Below, in pieces: positions 20,068-28,403 of a stretch of DNA of 64,000 nt. This DNA is from Promethearchaeota archaeon (GTDB lineage Archaea; Asgardarchaeota; Thorarchaeia; Thorarchaeales; Thorarchaeaceae): NCBI GenBank assembly GCA_014728035.1, contig WJMJ01000108.1, forward strand, positions 1-64,000, read 5' to 3'. The position numbers and the translations under genes were made by a program. Position 1 is the stretch's first letter; each line of letters begins with the position of its first letter. The notes under the pieces are model-generated. The model was not told where the DNA came from, did no database searches, and saw only the letters and a list, made by a program, of their open reading frames with translations.

Positions 20068-20487
20068 CTATTCTGTAGAAGCTTTTTGACGAGCGATTAT
20101 TGAGAGAATAGCTCCAAAACCTCCAACTGAATACAATATTGCACCAAAGAAGTCCAGTGCAGCACCAAAACCAGAAACGTAGATTGTTTGAATAATTCCA
20201 ATAATCATTCCTATCAATCCCATCCCTGCTGCAATACCAATGATGAACTTTCCTATTCCAACTCTCTCTGTTGTTAGAAGAAAGCCACCTAGGATTACTC
20301 CAATTCCACCAAGGATTGCTATGACTCTTAGCACCCAAAGTAATATTGTGATAATCGGAGCAATTGGCTCTGGAATAACATCTACTTGACCAAGTAGGGC
20401 AAAAATCCCTATGCTTCCTACTGCATCAGCAGCAATTAGTAATACTCCGGAGATGATACATAGTATGAAAGAAGTCTTATTTTTCAT
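20068..20487 (-). CDS. Gly-rich small membrane protein (about 4 TM)
   Basis: Hydrophobic GxxxG-rich helices; likely start MKNK. Confidence 0.7.
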   Translation of the reverse strand: MKNKTSFILCIISGVLLIAADAVGSIGIFALLGQVDVIPEPIAPIITILLWVLRVIAILGGIGVILGGFLLTTERVGIGKFIIGIAAGMGLIGMIIGIIQTIYVSGFGAALDFFGAILYSVGGFGAILSIIARQKASTE

Positions 20488-20520
20488 GCAAGCACCAAAT
20501 ATCAGTATCAATTATCTACC

Positions 20521-21390
20521 TTATTTCTCTTGTTGCTGGATTAATGATTCAATAGGAATTTTTTGAGGTGTTCTCTTTTCATAGGTTGATACTGTTTCAA
20601 CACCGATTTCTTGTAGATATGTTAGAACACGTTGAATTCCATTTCCAATCATTTCTGGATAGTGTGCATCTGACCCAATTGTTATGATATCAATTCCTCT
20701 AGCAATCAAAGATTTGATAAGCGAACCTGTTGGCATCGGGTCAGTCAAGTTCTTTCTCCAAGATGATGTATTCACTTCGAAAGCCACTTTCTTTGTTCTC
20801 ATAGCATCTGACAATTGTTCAATATGGGGTTTCCAGATGTTGAATATTTCTTTCCCGTAATATTGCTCTCCGTACCTTCTGTATAGATCAATGTGAGCTA
20901 GAATGTCAAACAATTCCGTATCGACACAGTTAATCAGATATCCATAATAACGCTCACCAAGTTGTGAGAGTGTGTATTTTTGGAATACTTTGTGTGATTC
21001 CTTTTCGACAGAGATAGCATGATGGTCAAAGAGATGAACTGATCCCAAAATCACATCAAAATCGGTATCAAAGAATTGATCTGGTAGATTTTCTCTAATT
21101 CCTGGATAATAATCAACTTCTATTCCTAGTTTGACTCGTAATCCTTGTTTTCTGTATGTTTCATCAGCTTGTCGAACTGATGACTCGTAGTGAACTAACC
21201 AATCATTACTCTGGACATCAACTTTCTTATCGTCCACCATAACATACGCATCATCCCGTGTTAGGTCACTATCTAGGTGAGTTGTAAAACAAATCTCCTT
21301 CAATCCATTTTTCAAAGCAGATTGGCAGAACTCATCAATTGTTCCTCTTGCATCTGATGAATAGTTTGGGTGGATGTGATAATCAATCAT
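20521..21390 (-). CDS. PHP-domain histidinol-phosphatase (HisJ/HisK family)-like
   Basis: DYHIH, GIEVD, LGSVH, LAHID, EVNTS, GSDAH. Confidence 0.85.
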   Translation of the reverse strand: MIDYHIHPNYSSDARGTIDEFCQSALKNGLKEICFTTHLDSDLTRDDAYVMVDDKKVDVQSNDWLVHYESSVRQADETYRKQGLRVKLGIEVDYYPGIRENLPDQFFDTDFDVILGSVHLFDHHAISVEKESHKVFQKYTLSQLGERYYGYLINCVDTELFDILAHIDLYRRYGEQYYGKEIFNIWKPHIEQLSDAMRTKKVAFEVNTSSWRKNLTDPMPTGSLIKSLIARGIDIITIGSDAHYPEMIGNGIQRVLTYLQEIGVETVSTYEKRTPQKIPIESLIQQQEK

Positions 21391-21445
21391 TATCTTAATT
21401 TCAAAAAGAATCCAATATGGCTTTGACTATAGGTGAAAACTTGGA

Positions 21446-21483
21446 TAAAAGAAAAAGGTGTAGTAGTAGAAACTACTACTACA
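21446..21483 (-). terminator. Perfect 11-bp hairpin plus U-tract after the Lys-rich gene
   Basis: TGTAGTAGTAG-3 nt-CTACTACTACA (21459-21483), then CCTTTTTCTTTT on the minus strand. Confidence 0.65.
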
Positions 21484-21489
21484 ATTTCA

Positions 21490-21705
21490 TTACTTTTTCT
21501 TTTTCTTTGCTTTTGCTTTTGCTTTTTCCTTTGCTTTTTCTTCTTTAATCAGATCTTTGAAAGCCTGATCGTATTCTGCAATCTTGGCAGCTTTCTCTTC
21601 CTTGGTGATTAATTTCGCCTTGGCGAGAGCGCTGATTCCAGTCTTGAATTCCTTATGCATTACTTTTAGTTTGTCAGATTTGGTTAGTTTGGGCTTTTCT
21701 GCCAT
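21490..21705 (-). CDS. Small very basic Lys/Ala-rich protein (71 aa)
   Basis: MAEKPKLTK...KEKAKAKAKKKKK; GGAG RBS upstream; its own terminator. Confidence 0.7.
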   Translation of the reverse strand: MAEKPKLTKSDKLKVMHKEFKTGISALAKAKLITKEEKAAKIAEYDQAFKDLIKEEKAKEKAKAKAKKKKK

Positions 21706-21820
21706 TTCCCAACAACTCCGTTTTTTCCGCAAAAATCTTCAAAAAACTTTTTGCGTGTTTGTATTCTAGAAACAAAGTTGAATAAAAAGAAAACTCATTC
21801 GTATTCAAAATTCTCATTTT

Positions 21821-23056
21821 CTACATTTTTGAAATTGTTGTTTCTTTAGAAATTATTTCTTCATCTTGTTTCACTGTATTAGTATCCCTCAAAAAGACAG
21901 ATACAATTGTTGCTAGTCCTGCAGTCAAAACTAGAAAGAGAATTGATGTTTCAATTCCATAAAAATCTCCGATTGCTCCAAAGATAATTGGTGCAATTGC
22001 TCCCGGTAAAGCACCAACTGAGAATAAAAGCCCAAATGCAAGTCCTTGTGCGTCTCGCGGTGTGACTTCTGTAAGATAAGCTGTATTGGGTGGCACTCCT
22101 AAAAAGAAGAAGAAACCTATTCCAATCAGAATTGCCAGTAAAACGATTGGTTCAAGTGGAAAATACAGAAATCCGAGGCATATCGTAGTTAGTCCTGCTG
22201 AAATAATTAGAAATGGAACTCGTCTACCAACGCGATCTGATAGTGGTGCTGAAATGACTTCTCCAACCAATCCTGCAACAAGCATTACTGTCGTTAGAGA
22301 ACCTGCCCATACCGGTTCATAACCATATGATTCTACCAAGTAAAGTGGCATTAGAAGAGTTGTACAGCGAAAGGGCATACCACGTAGACCCATTGAAAGA
22401 ATCGATAGTGCATAGTCTCTAGTCCACCCTTCTGGTCTGTTGTCTTCTTCTGTTTCTCCATCGCGAAATTCTCCAACACATGTTTGATTTGAATACCTCA
22501 TTAACCCAGCTATTGGGAAAAAGGATATGACTCCGATTATCCCTAGTAGGAAAAGAGAATCTCTCCAATTTCCAAGAAGGATTAATAGAGTTGCACCTAA
22601 GATTGGTATGATTGCCATACCTACTAAACCCCCAATTGCTTGCATTCCCGTTGCTTTTGCCCTTGCTCCACATGGAAATTTTTCAGAGAGGGCTGGAAAT
22701 GCACTAGGATGGTATCCTGAAGCACCTGTTCCCAGTAACAACATGCATATCGTGATGAAGACAAATGAAGTTGCAAAGCTTGTAAAGAGAATAACAATAG
22801 CTGAGAGAATCACACTTGAAGAAATGAAGAAATCTCTCCAACCTTTGTCTCCAAGATATCCAACCATCAGGTGTGATATGGTCATGGTGATTATTGCTGC
22901 ACTAGTTACAATCCCTACTTCAGTGTAATTTAGTGTAAGCTCGTCCCGAATTAATGGTAAAAATGGAGATAGAGCCCCAGTATACATATGATTCAATAAA
23001 TGAGCAGCCGTACATGCGATAAGAACTGCATAGGAAGCCCTTGTAATTCTCGACAC
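21821..23056 (-). CDS. MFS transporter
   Basis: About 12 TM helices; motif A variants GYLGDKGWR and PLSDRVGRR. Confidence 0.9.
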   Translation of the reverse strand: MSRITRASYAVLIACTAAHLLNHMYTGALSPFLPLIRDELTLNYTEVGIVTSAAIITMTISHLMVGYLGDKGWRDFFISSSVILSAIVILFTSFATSFVFITICMLLLGTGASGYHPSAFPALSEKFPCGARAKATGMQAIGGLVGMAIIPILGATLLILLGNWRDSLFLLGIIGVISFFPIAGLMRYSNQTCVGEFRDGETEEDNRPEGWTRDYALSILSMGLRGMPFRCTTLLMPLYLVESYGYEPVWAGSLTTVMLVAGLVGEVISAPLSDRVGRRVPFLIISAGLTTICLGFLYFPLEPIVLLAILIGIGFFFFLGVPPNTAYLTEVTPRDAQGLAFGLLFSVGALPGAIAPIIFGAIGDFYGIETSILFLVLTAGLATIVSVFLRDTNTVKQDEEIISKETTISKM

Positions 23057-23163
23057 GGGTTATACCCACTTTCTTGTTATGAATCAGGAATCAAAAGATG
23101 CATATGTTAAGTCTAGTGATTAGTACATTTAGTTGAAAGTTGATGAAGAAGTAGAGATATGAA

Positions 23164-23263
23164 GCTGACAACCGAGGTAGATACCTCAGTTATCAGCAAT
23201 GCCGATTTCGACTCGGTAATTTGATTGTACTTGTAATTAGGAAACTAGCTTTAAAAACTTCCG
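23164..23263 (-). ncRNA. Candidate small RNA or structured leader with its own BRE/TATA
   Basis: Minus strand: CGGAAG-TTTTTAAA (23263-23250), then a CCGA/UCGG hairpin, then the 15-bp hairpin GCUGAUAACUGAGGU-AUCU-ACCUCGGUUGUCAGC, whose two G-U pairs form only on the minus strand. Confidence 0.45.
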
Positions 23264-23271
23264 AATGAACG

Positions 23272-23299
23272 CAAACAAGGTGTAATCGAGCACACCTTG
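23272..23299 (-). terminator. Stem-loop after the S8 protease
   Basis: Minus strand CAAGGTGTG-CTCGAT-TACACCTTG-TTT. Confidence 0.55.
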
Positions 23300-23307
23300 A
23301 ATTCTTA

Positions 23308-25284
23308 TCAAATCAGACCAGTTATCCATTGAACTATTTGTAAAGCTAATACCGCATTGTCTTGTGAGCCATATTGATTCAACATTCCCCAGTTATCAAT
23401 AAAGAAATTGGTACCAGTGACAACCATTCTTCCTCCTGAAACATGTGTGTTACTTACCATCACTGCTCGACTCTGTATAGTCGCAAGTTTTTTGGCTGTT
23501 CCAGTTCCTGATGCAGAAAATGGAGCTCCCGCAAAGTCGAATGAACTCACACCGTCCATGATAGGATCACTGGCGAGATTAGAAACAACTACAGTTCCGT
23601 CCAAACTTGGAACAACATCACTGGCAAGTTCTAATCCTGCCCATGTAAGAAACTCATTCAAGCTAGCGATATCGACACTCTTGTTCGATAATGCCGCGAT
23701 AAATAGGCCTCCACCATTCTCGTAGTAATTTTGGTAAACATCAATTTCTGCTGTTGTGAAATTTTTCGAGAATACAAATCGGTCTGTTGAGAATGAGTCA
23801 TCCACATCCCAAGTACAGGGATCTAACATTATTATCGCATCGTATCTGGCGAAGTTACTCTCTGTTATCTCGCTTCTATTTGATATTTGTTCAACTGAGA
23901 TCGAGTTACTTACAAGTTCCTTGTAGAATTCTCGAAATTGTCCATATTTCGTATCAATGCTCCATGTTGAATGTGTAATGTCAAAAGCAACTCTTGCATT
24001 TGGAGTCACCACTGTGAATTCTATAGATAGAGTTGCATTACCAAGGTCATCTGAGAAGAAAGCAAATTCTGCATCGAAAGAGTTTGAACCTGTAGTAGGC
24101 ACATTAATCTCTAGATCAACAAAGCCAGACTGATTTATGTAGATTGTATCTGGCATGTCGAAGATTTCTGGTGTAGAACTTGCAATATTGACATCGAATA
24201 TTCCTGCCCCACCACAGAACAAGTGAATTTTGAATCGATATCGATCACCATAGAATAACCGCTCATAATCGATAGGCAGATAGCTAGGATGTGCATATGC
24301 TATAGATGGAACTTCTTCCCCGTCTGTATTTTCAGAGATGAGTTCAATCGACCTAGCAATATTCATCCTGCCTGCTCCAACAATATATTCTTCATAATTG
24401 AGAGGCTCAGCTCCTTGAAGCAAAGCTGCAACAATCATTCCTGGTGTGTATGAGATGTTATTATCAAGACAGAAATCAATCATCTCCACAACGCCTCCTG
24501 CAACTCTTGGAGCAGCAAAACTAGTTCCGTAATAGCGATATGACCCTGATTGGATATAGCCGAGTGTTGCTATATCGGGCTTCATATAGAGTTTTGATGT
24601 TGGACCATGACTTGTGAAACTGGTAGGTGTCCCATCTGAATCGAGAGCTGCAACTGATATACATTTTTCAAACACGCTTGGTGAAGATATACTCGTTCCT
24701 GCAAACCCGTCATCTCCTTCATTTCCGCCAGATGCTACTACAACAACTCCACGATCAAAAGCCCATGAAATCACATCTTCCAAACTGTCATTGAATGATG
24801 GAGATGCACCTAGACTGAGGTTAATCACACTGCAGTTTTGTTCAACAGCCCATTCTATCCCAGCTATAACACCTAATGTTGTAGCGGTTCCTTCATTATC
24901 CATGATTTTCCCATTCATAATTTTAGCACCAGCGAACTCTTCGAGAACCGCTTTTGCTACCAATGTCCCGTGGGGATTTCCATCGGGCTTGCTATCTTCT
25001 GTAGTAACATCCGTGTATGAATATCCATTCTCTGGATTGATAAAGCTCTTCTCCACAACTATTGAATTCTGTAGAGTGAAATCAGGGTCAATACCAGTGT
25101 CAAGCACAGCAACTCGAACCTCTGACTCTGCACCAAATTGAAATCCGTCAAAGAGTCCTAGCATTATCACAATCCCCGTCGAGAGGACAAGCATCACTAT
25201 AATCAGGCCAGCTGCTATTTTTTTCCCACTCGATGAAGAGGAATGGACTGCAGGTTGATCATAATCCCAATAATTAAACATCAA
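23308..25284 (-). CDS. Membrane-anchored subtilisin-like (S8) serine protease with a C-terminal domain resembling site-1 protease
   Basis: Catalytic triad VLDTG, HGT, GTSFAAP; oxyanion GN; N-terminal TM; C-terminal alpha/beta domain RVAFDITH...GGGLFI...LNEFL. Confidence 0.88.
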   Translation of the reverse strand: MMFNYWDYDQPAVHSSSSSGKKIAAGLIIVMLVLSTGIVIMLGLFDGFQFGAESEVRVAVLDTGIDPDFTLQNSIVVEKSFINPENGYSYTDVTTEDSKPDGNPHGTLVAKAVLEEFAGAKIMNGKIMDNEGTATTLGVIAGIEWAVEQNCSVINLSLGASPSFNDSLEDVISWAFDRGVVVVASGGNEGDDGFAGTSISSPSVFEKCISVAALDSDGTPTSFTSHGPTSKLYMKPDIATLGYIQSGSYRYYGTSFAAPRVAGGVVEMIDFCLDNNISYTPGMIVAALLQGAEPLNYEEYIVGAGRMNIARSIELISENTDGEEVPSIAYAHPSYLPIDYERLFYGDRYRFKIHLFCGGAGIFDVNIASSTPEIFDMPDTIYINQSGFVDLEINVPTTGSNSFDAEFAFFSDDLGNATLSIEFTVVTPNARVAFDITHSTWSIDTKYGQFREFYKELVSNSISVEQISNRSEITESNFARYDAIIMLDPCTWDVDDSFSTDRFVFSKNFTTAEIDVYQNYYENGGGLFIAALSNKSVDIASLNEFLTWAGLELASDVVPSLDGTVVVSNLASDPIMDGVSSFDFAGAPFSASGTGTAKKLATIQSRAVMVSNTHVSGGRMVVTGTNFFIDNWGMLNQYGSQDNAVLALQIVQWITGLI

Positions 25285-25463
25285 TATTGCCTCAAGCTTA
25301 ACAGAATCTTAGTCCGAAGTTAATTGAATTTATCGAAACAAGCTGAAAAGACTCAAAAGGTGTACAATTATCTAACGGATGTACTATACGCATAAATCAG
25401 TTGATTACAATTTCATTTATCTGCTGTGATTCCATTCGATAAATCACACTCTGAGGGACAGCG

Positions 25464-28391
25464 ATGATTACCGAGGAAAAACCCACTACAAAAAATGGAG
25501 AAAAATTCCATACACTCACATTGAATGAAACTTTTCAACAACTTGATAGTGATCCCAATACCGGACTCGCTGCCGAACAAGTAAAAGAAAGACAGCAAAA
25601 GTATGGTCCGAATGCGATTCCCAAAGTAAAAGGCTCATTTTGGAAGGTGTATCTCGCTCCGATTCTCAATTGGCTAATTAACATCTATTTGCTTAGCTCT
25701 GTTGCCTTAATCATTCTCGCAGTAACTGCACCACCAAATGAGAGTAACCAACTAGCACAAGCAGCGGTTTGGTTGGCTGTAGTGGGTGTGAATTGTATCG
25801 TCGCAATATTTCAACAAGTTCGGGCTCAAAAGAAACTTGAAGCTTTGGAGAAGCTTTCTGCTGGAGAGTCACGAGTTCTTCGTGATGGGCACCAGATGAA
25901 AGTGGACCCTTATGATATAGTCCCTGGTGATGTGATAATCCTCGAACAGGGTGATAAGATTCCAGCGGATGGAAGACTTATCCAGTGTTCAAATTTCACA
26001 TCTAATGAAGCATCCCTTACAGGTGAGAGTGTTCCCGTCACAAAGAATAGTGATGTTACAGTAGCAGAAGATGCACCTTTAACAGATATGGAAAATATGG
26101 TATTCTTTGGAACTTATGTTGCGACAGGAACTGCAAAAGCCATAGCAACAACCACTGGCGGTAATACTGAAATTGGAAAAATTCAAGGCACCCTTGAATC
26201 ACTAAATACTGGTGATATTCCTCTTAGAAAGAAAGTGAATCTACTCGCTAAATTCCTCGGAATTGCATCTATTGGTCTGATGGTAACATCAGTTTTGTGG
26301 GTTCTGATAATTGCTCCTTTCATTTATCCCTCTCTAGAGGCACCCACTTTCACTGAAGCATTAACTTCTGGAATTACTAAAGCAATGACCATAATGCCAA
26401 TCAATATTCCTCTACTCACAACCATTGTCTTATTGACTGGCGTTCTTGCGATGGCTAAGAAGGGAGTGATTATCCGAGACCTTTCTGCTGTAGAGAGTTT
26501 GGGTCGAGTTAGTGTTATTTGCAGTGATAAGACAGGTACCATGACTCGTAATCAAATGACTGTGACAATAGCTTGGGACACCGAAAATTTCTACACCGTA
26601 AAAGGTGCGGGTTATCAACCTGAAGGCAAAATCTACCGGATGAAAGACGATTCTCTTATGGAAAATATTGAAACAGAAGATGCGGTTCTTGTCAGTGATG
26701 TATTTGCCTGGAAGGGTTTGTACCGAATGATGCTCTGTGCTGGTATCAATAATGACGCAGAGATTGTTCAGAAAGAACTTCCAGGACAAGGTACTATATG
26801 GATGCCACTCGGTGATCCAACTGATGCTGCGCTCTTGACCTTTTTCAGAAAAGGTGGGATTGATGAAGCAGACGTGAAGGAGAAATACAAAATTCTTCGT
26901 GAGTTTCCATTTGAATCGGAACTAAAAAGAATGTCCAAAGTCTGTGAAGTGGATGGGAAGAAAGTTGCTTTTACTAAAGGTGCAACTGAAGTGATTCTAC
27001 CCCGATGCACACACATTGGAGACAATTCCAGTGCTCGAAAATTAACTCAAGAGGACATTAAGCAAATACAAAGCATTACTACCAAGTATGCAGAGAAAGG
27101 ATACCGAGTTATTTCACTTGCTAGAAAGGACATGTCTACAACAAATAGTGACATGGACCGAGATGCTGTTGAATCGAATTTGGTTTATCTCGGATTTACT
27201 TGTATTGTCGACCCTCCACGAGATGGTGTGAGAGATGCAGTAGATGACTGTCATAGTGCTGGCATTAATGTTATCATGATCACTGGAGATGCTGCCGCCA
27301 CTGCAAAGACTATTGCAAGCAATCTCAATATTTTTGGGCCTGATTCAATAGCGGTTGAAGGTAGCGAAATTGAAACACTCTCTAATGAAAATTTCTTGAG
27401 AGTTAATGTGTTTGCACGAGTTAACCCTGAACATAAACAGGTGATAGTCGAACGATATCAAGATGATGGCAAAGTTGTGGCAATGACCGGAGATGGAGTG
27501 AATGATGCTCTTGCTCTGGCTATGAGTGATGCTGGTATTGCAATGGGAATTACTGGCACTGATGTTGCAAAAGAAGCAGCTGATATTGTAATTACTGATG
27601 ATAGTTTTGAATCAATAGTTACGGGTGTTCATCAGGGACGTGGTTTGTTCAATAAGATTAGAATGATGATATACTTCTATATAGCGATCAATCTGTTCGA
27701 GAGTATAATTTTCTTTGGTGCAATGTTCTTTATGCCCGACGTAATCAATTTCCTCTCACAATGGCAGAGTCTGTATCTTGTTGTCACGACACATTCTTTC
27801 CCTGGTCTAGCATTGGTCTTTGATAAGACCTCACCCAAAGCAATGGAGGAAAAGCCTCGAGATAGTCAGGAGATTATAACTAGGCCAATTGCGAAGTTCA
27901 TGGCAATTAATGTGGTTCTTATGGTTATAGGTGCAGCTACATTATTCACACTCACCCTTTGGGAAATAATCCCTATGAACATTGATAATTATGGTGGATT
28001 CTATCTTGATGCAGTTAATCCTGTGACTGATGAATTCTACATGGAAATCGACTCTTTTGCGAAAGCTAGAACCATGTTACTCACCATTATTTTGCTTCTG
28101 GAGAGCTCATTGGTTTTATTAATCCGAAGAATAAACATGCCAGTTTCTAAGGGAATTCGCGAACCTGGAATTATCCGATATGTGATACTCCTCGGACTTA
28201 TCTATTTAGCTCATTTATTGCTCATGTACGTTCCAATCGCACAAGCAATTCTAGCTCCATTGGGATTGAACTTCTTCTTCATTCCTCTGAGCATGTTAGA
28301 TTGGATTATCTGCATCCTGTTTGCAGCACCCACAATTATTGGTCTTGAGATCTATAAACGATATTTGCGTGAAAAGGATGAATCATTATAG
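25464..28391 (+). CDS. P-type ATPase (P2-like scaffold, atypical M4 motif)
   Basis: PADG, TGES, DKTGT, KGA, DPPR, TGD, TGDGVND; about 10 TM helices. Confidence 0.93.
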   Translation: MITEEKPTTKNGEKFHTLTLNETFQQLDSDPNTGLAAEQVKERQQKYGPNAIPKVKGSFWKVYLAPILNWLINIYLLSSVALIILAVTAPPNESNQLAQAAVWLAVVGVNCIVAIFQQVRAQKKLEALEKLSAGESRVLRDGHQMKVDPYDIVPGDVIILEQGDKIPADGRLIQCSNFTSNEASLTGESVPVTKNSDVTVAEDAPLTDMENMVFFGTYVATGTAKAIATTTGGNTEIGKIQGTLESLNTGDIPLRKKVNLLAKFLGIASIGLMVTSVLWVLIIAPFIYPSLEAPTFTEALTSGITKAMTIMPINIPLLTTIVLLTGVLAMAKKGVIIRDLSAVESLGRVSVICSDKTGTMTRNQMTVTIAWDTENFYTVKGAGYQPEGKIYRMKDDSLMENIETEDAVLVSDVFAWKGLYRMMLCAGINNDAEIVQKELPGQGTIWMPLGDPTDAALLTFFRKGGIDEADVKEKYKILREFPFESELKRMSKVCEVDGKKVAFTKGATEVILPRCTHIGDNSSARKLTQEDIKQIQSITTKYAEKGYRVISLARKDMSTTNSDMDRDAVESNLVYLGFTCIVDPPRDGVRDAVDDCHSAGINVIMITGDAAATAKTIASNLNIFGPDSIAVEGSEIETLSNENFLRVNVFARVNPEHKQVIVERYQDDGKVVAMTGDGVNDALALAMSDAGIAMGITGTDVAKEAADIVITDDSFESIVTGVHQGRGLFNKIRMMIYFYIAINLFESIIFFGAMFFMPDVINFLSQWQSLYLVVTTHSFPGLALVFDKTSPKAMEEKPRDSQEIITRPIAKFMAINVVLMVIGAATLFTLTLWEIIPMNIDNYGGFYLDAVNPVTDEFYMEIDSFAKARTMLLTIILLLESSLVLLIRRINMPVSKGIREPGIIRYVILLGLIYLAHLLLMYVPIAQAILAPLGLNFFFIPLSMLDWIICILFAAPTIIGLEIYKRYLREKDESL

Positions 28392-28403
28392 TTGGATTGA
28401 GAA

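Noticed and set aside
21459-21545. TAG/CTA triplets and TTTTGC repeats as a CRISPR or satellite
   Set aside because: They are a terminator hairpin and the codons of the Lys-Ala tail; there is no repeat-spacer array or cas gene.
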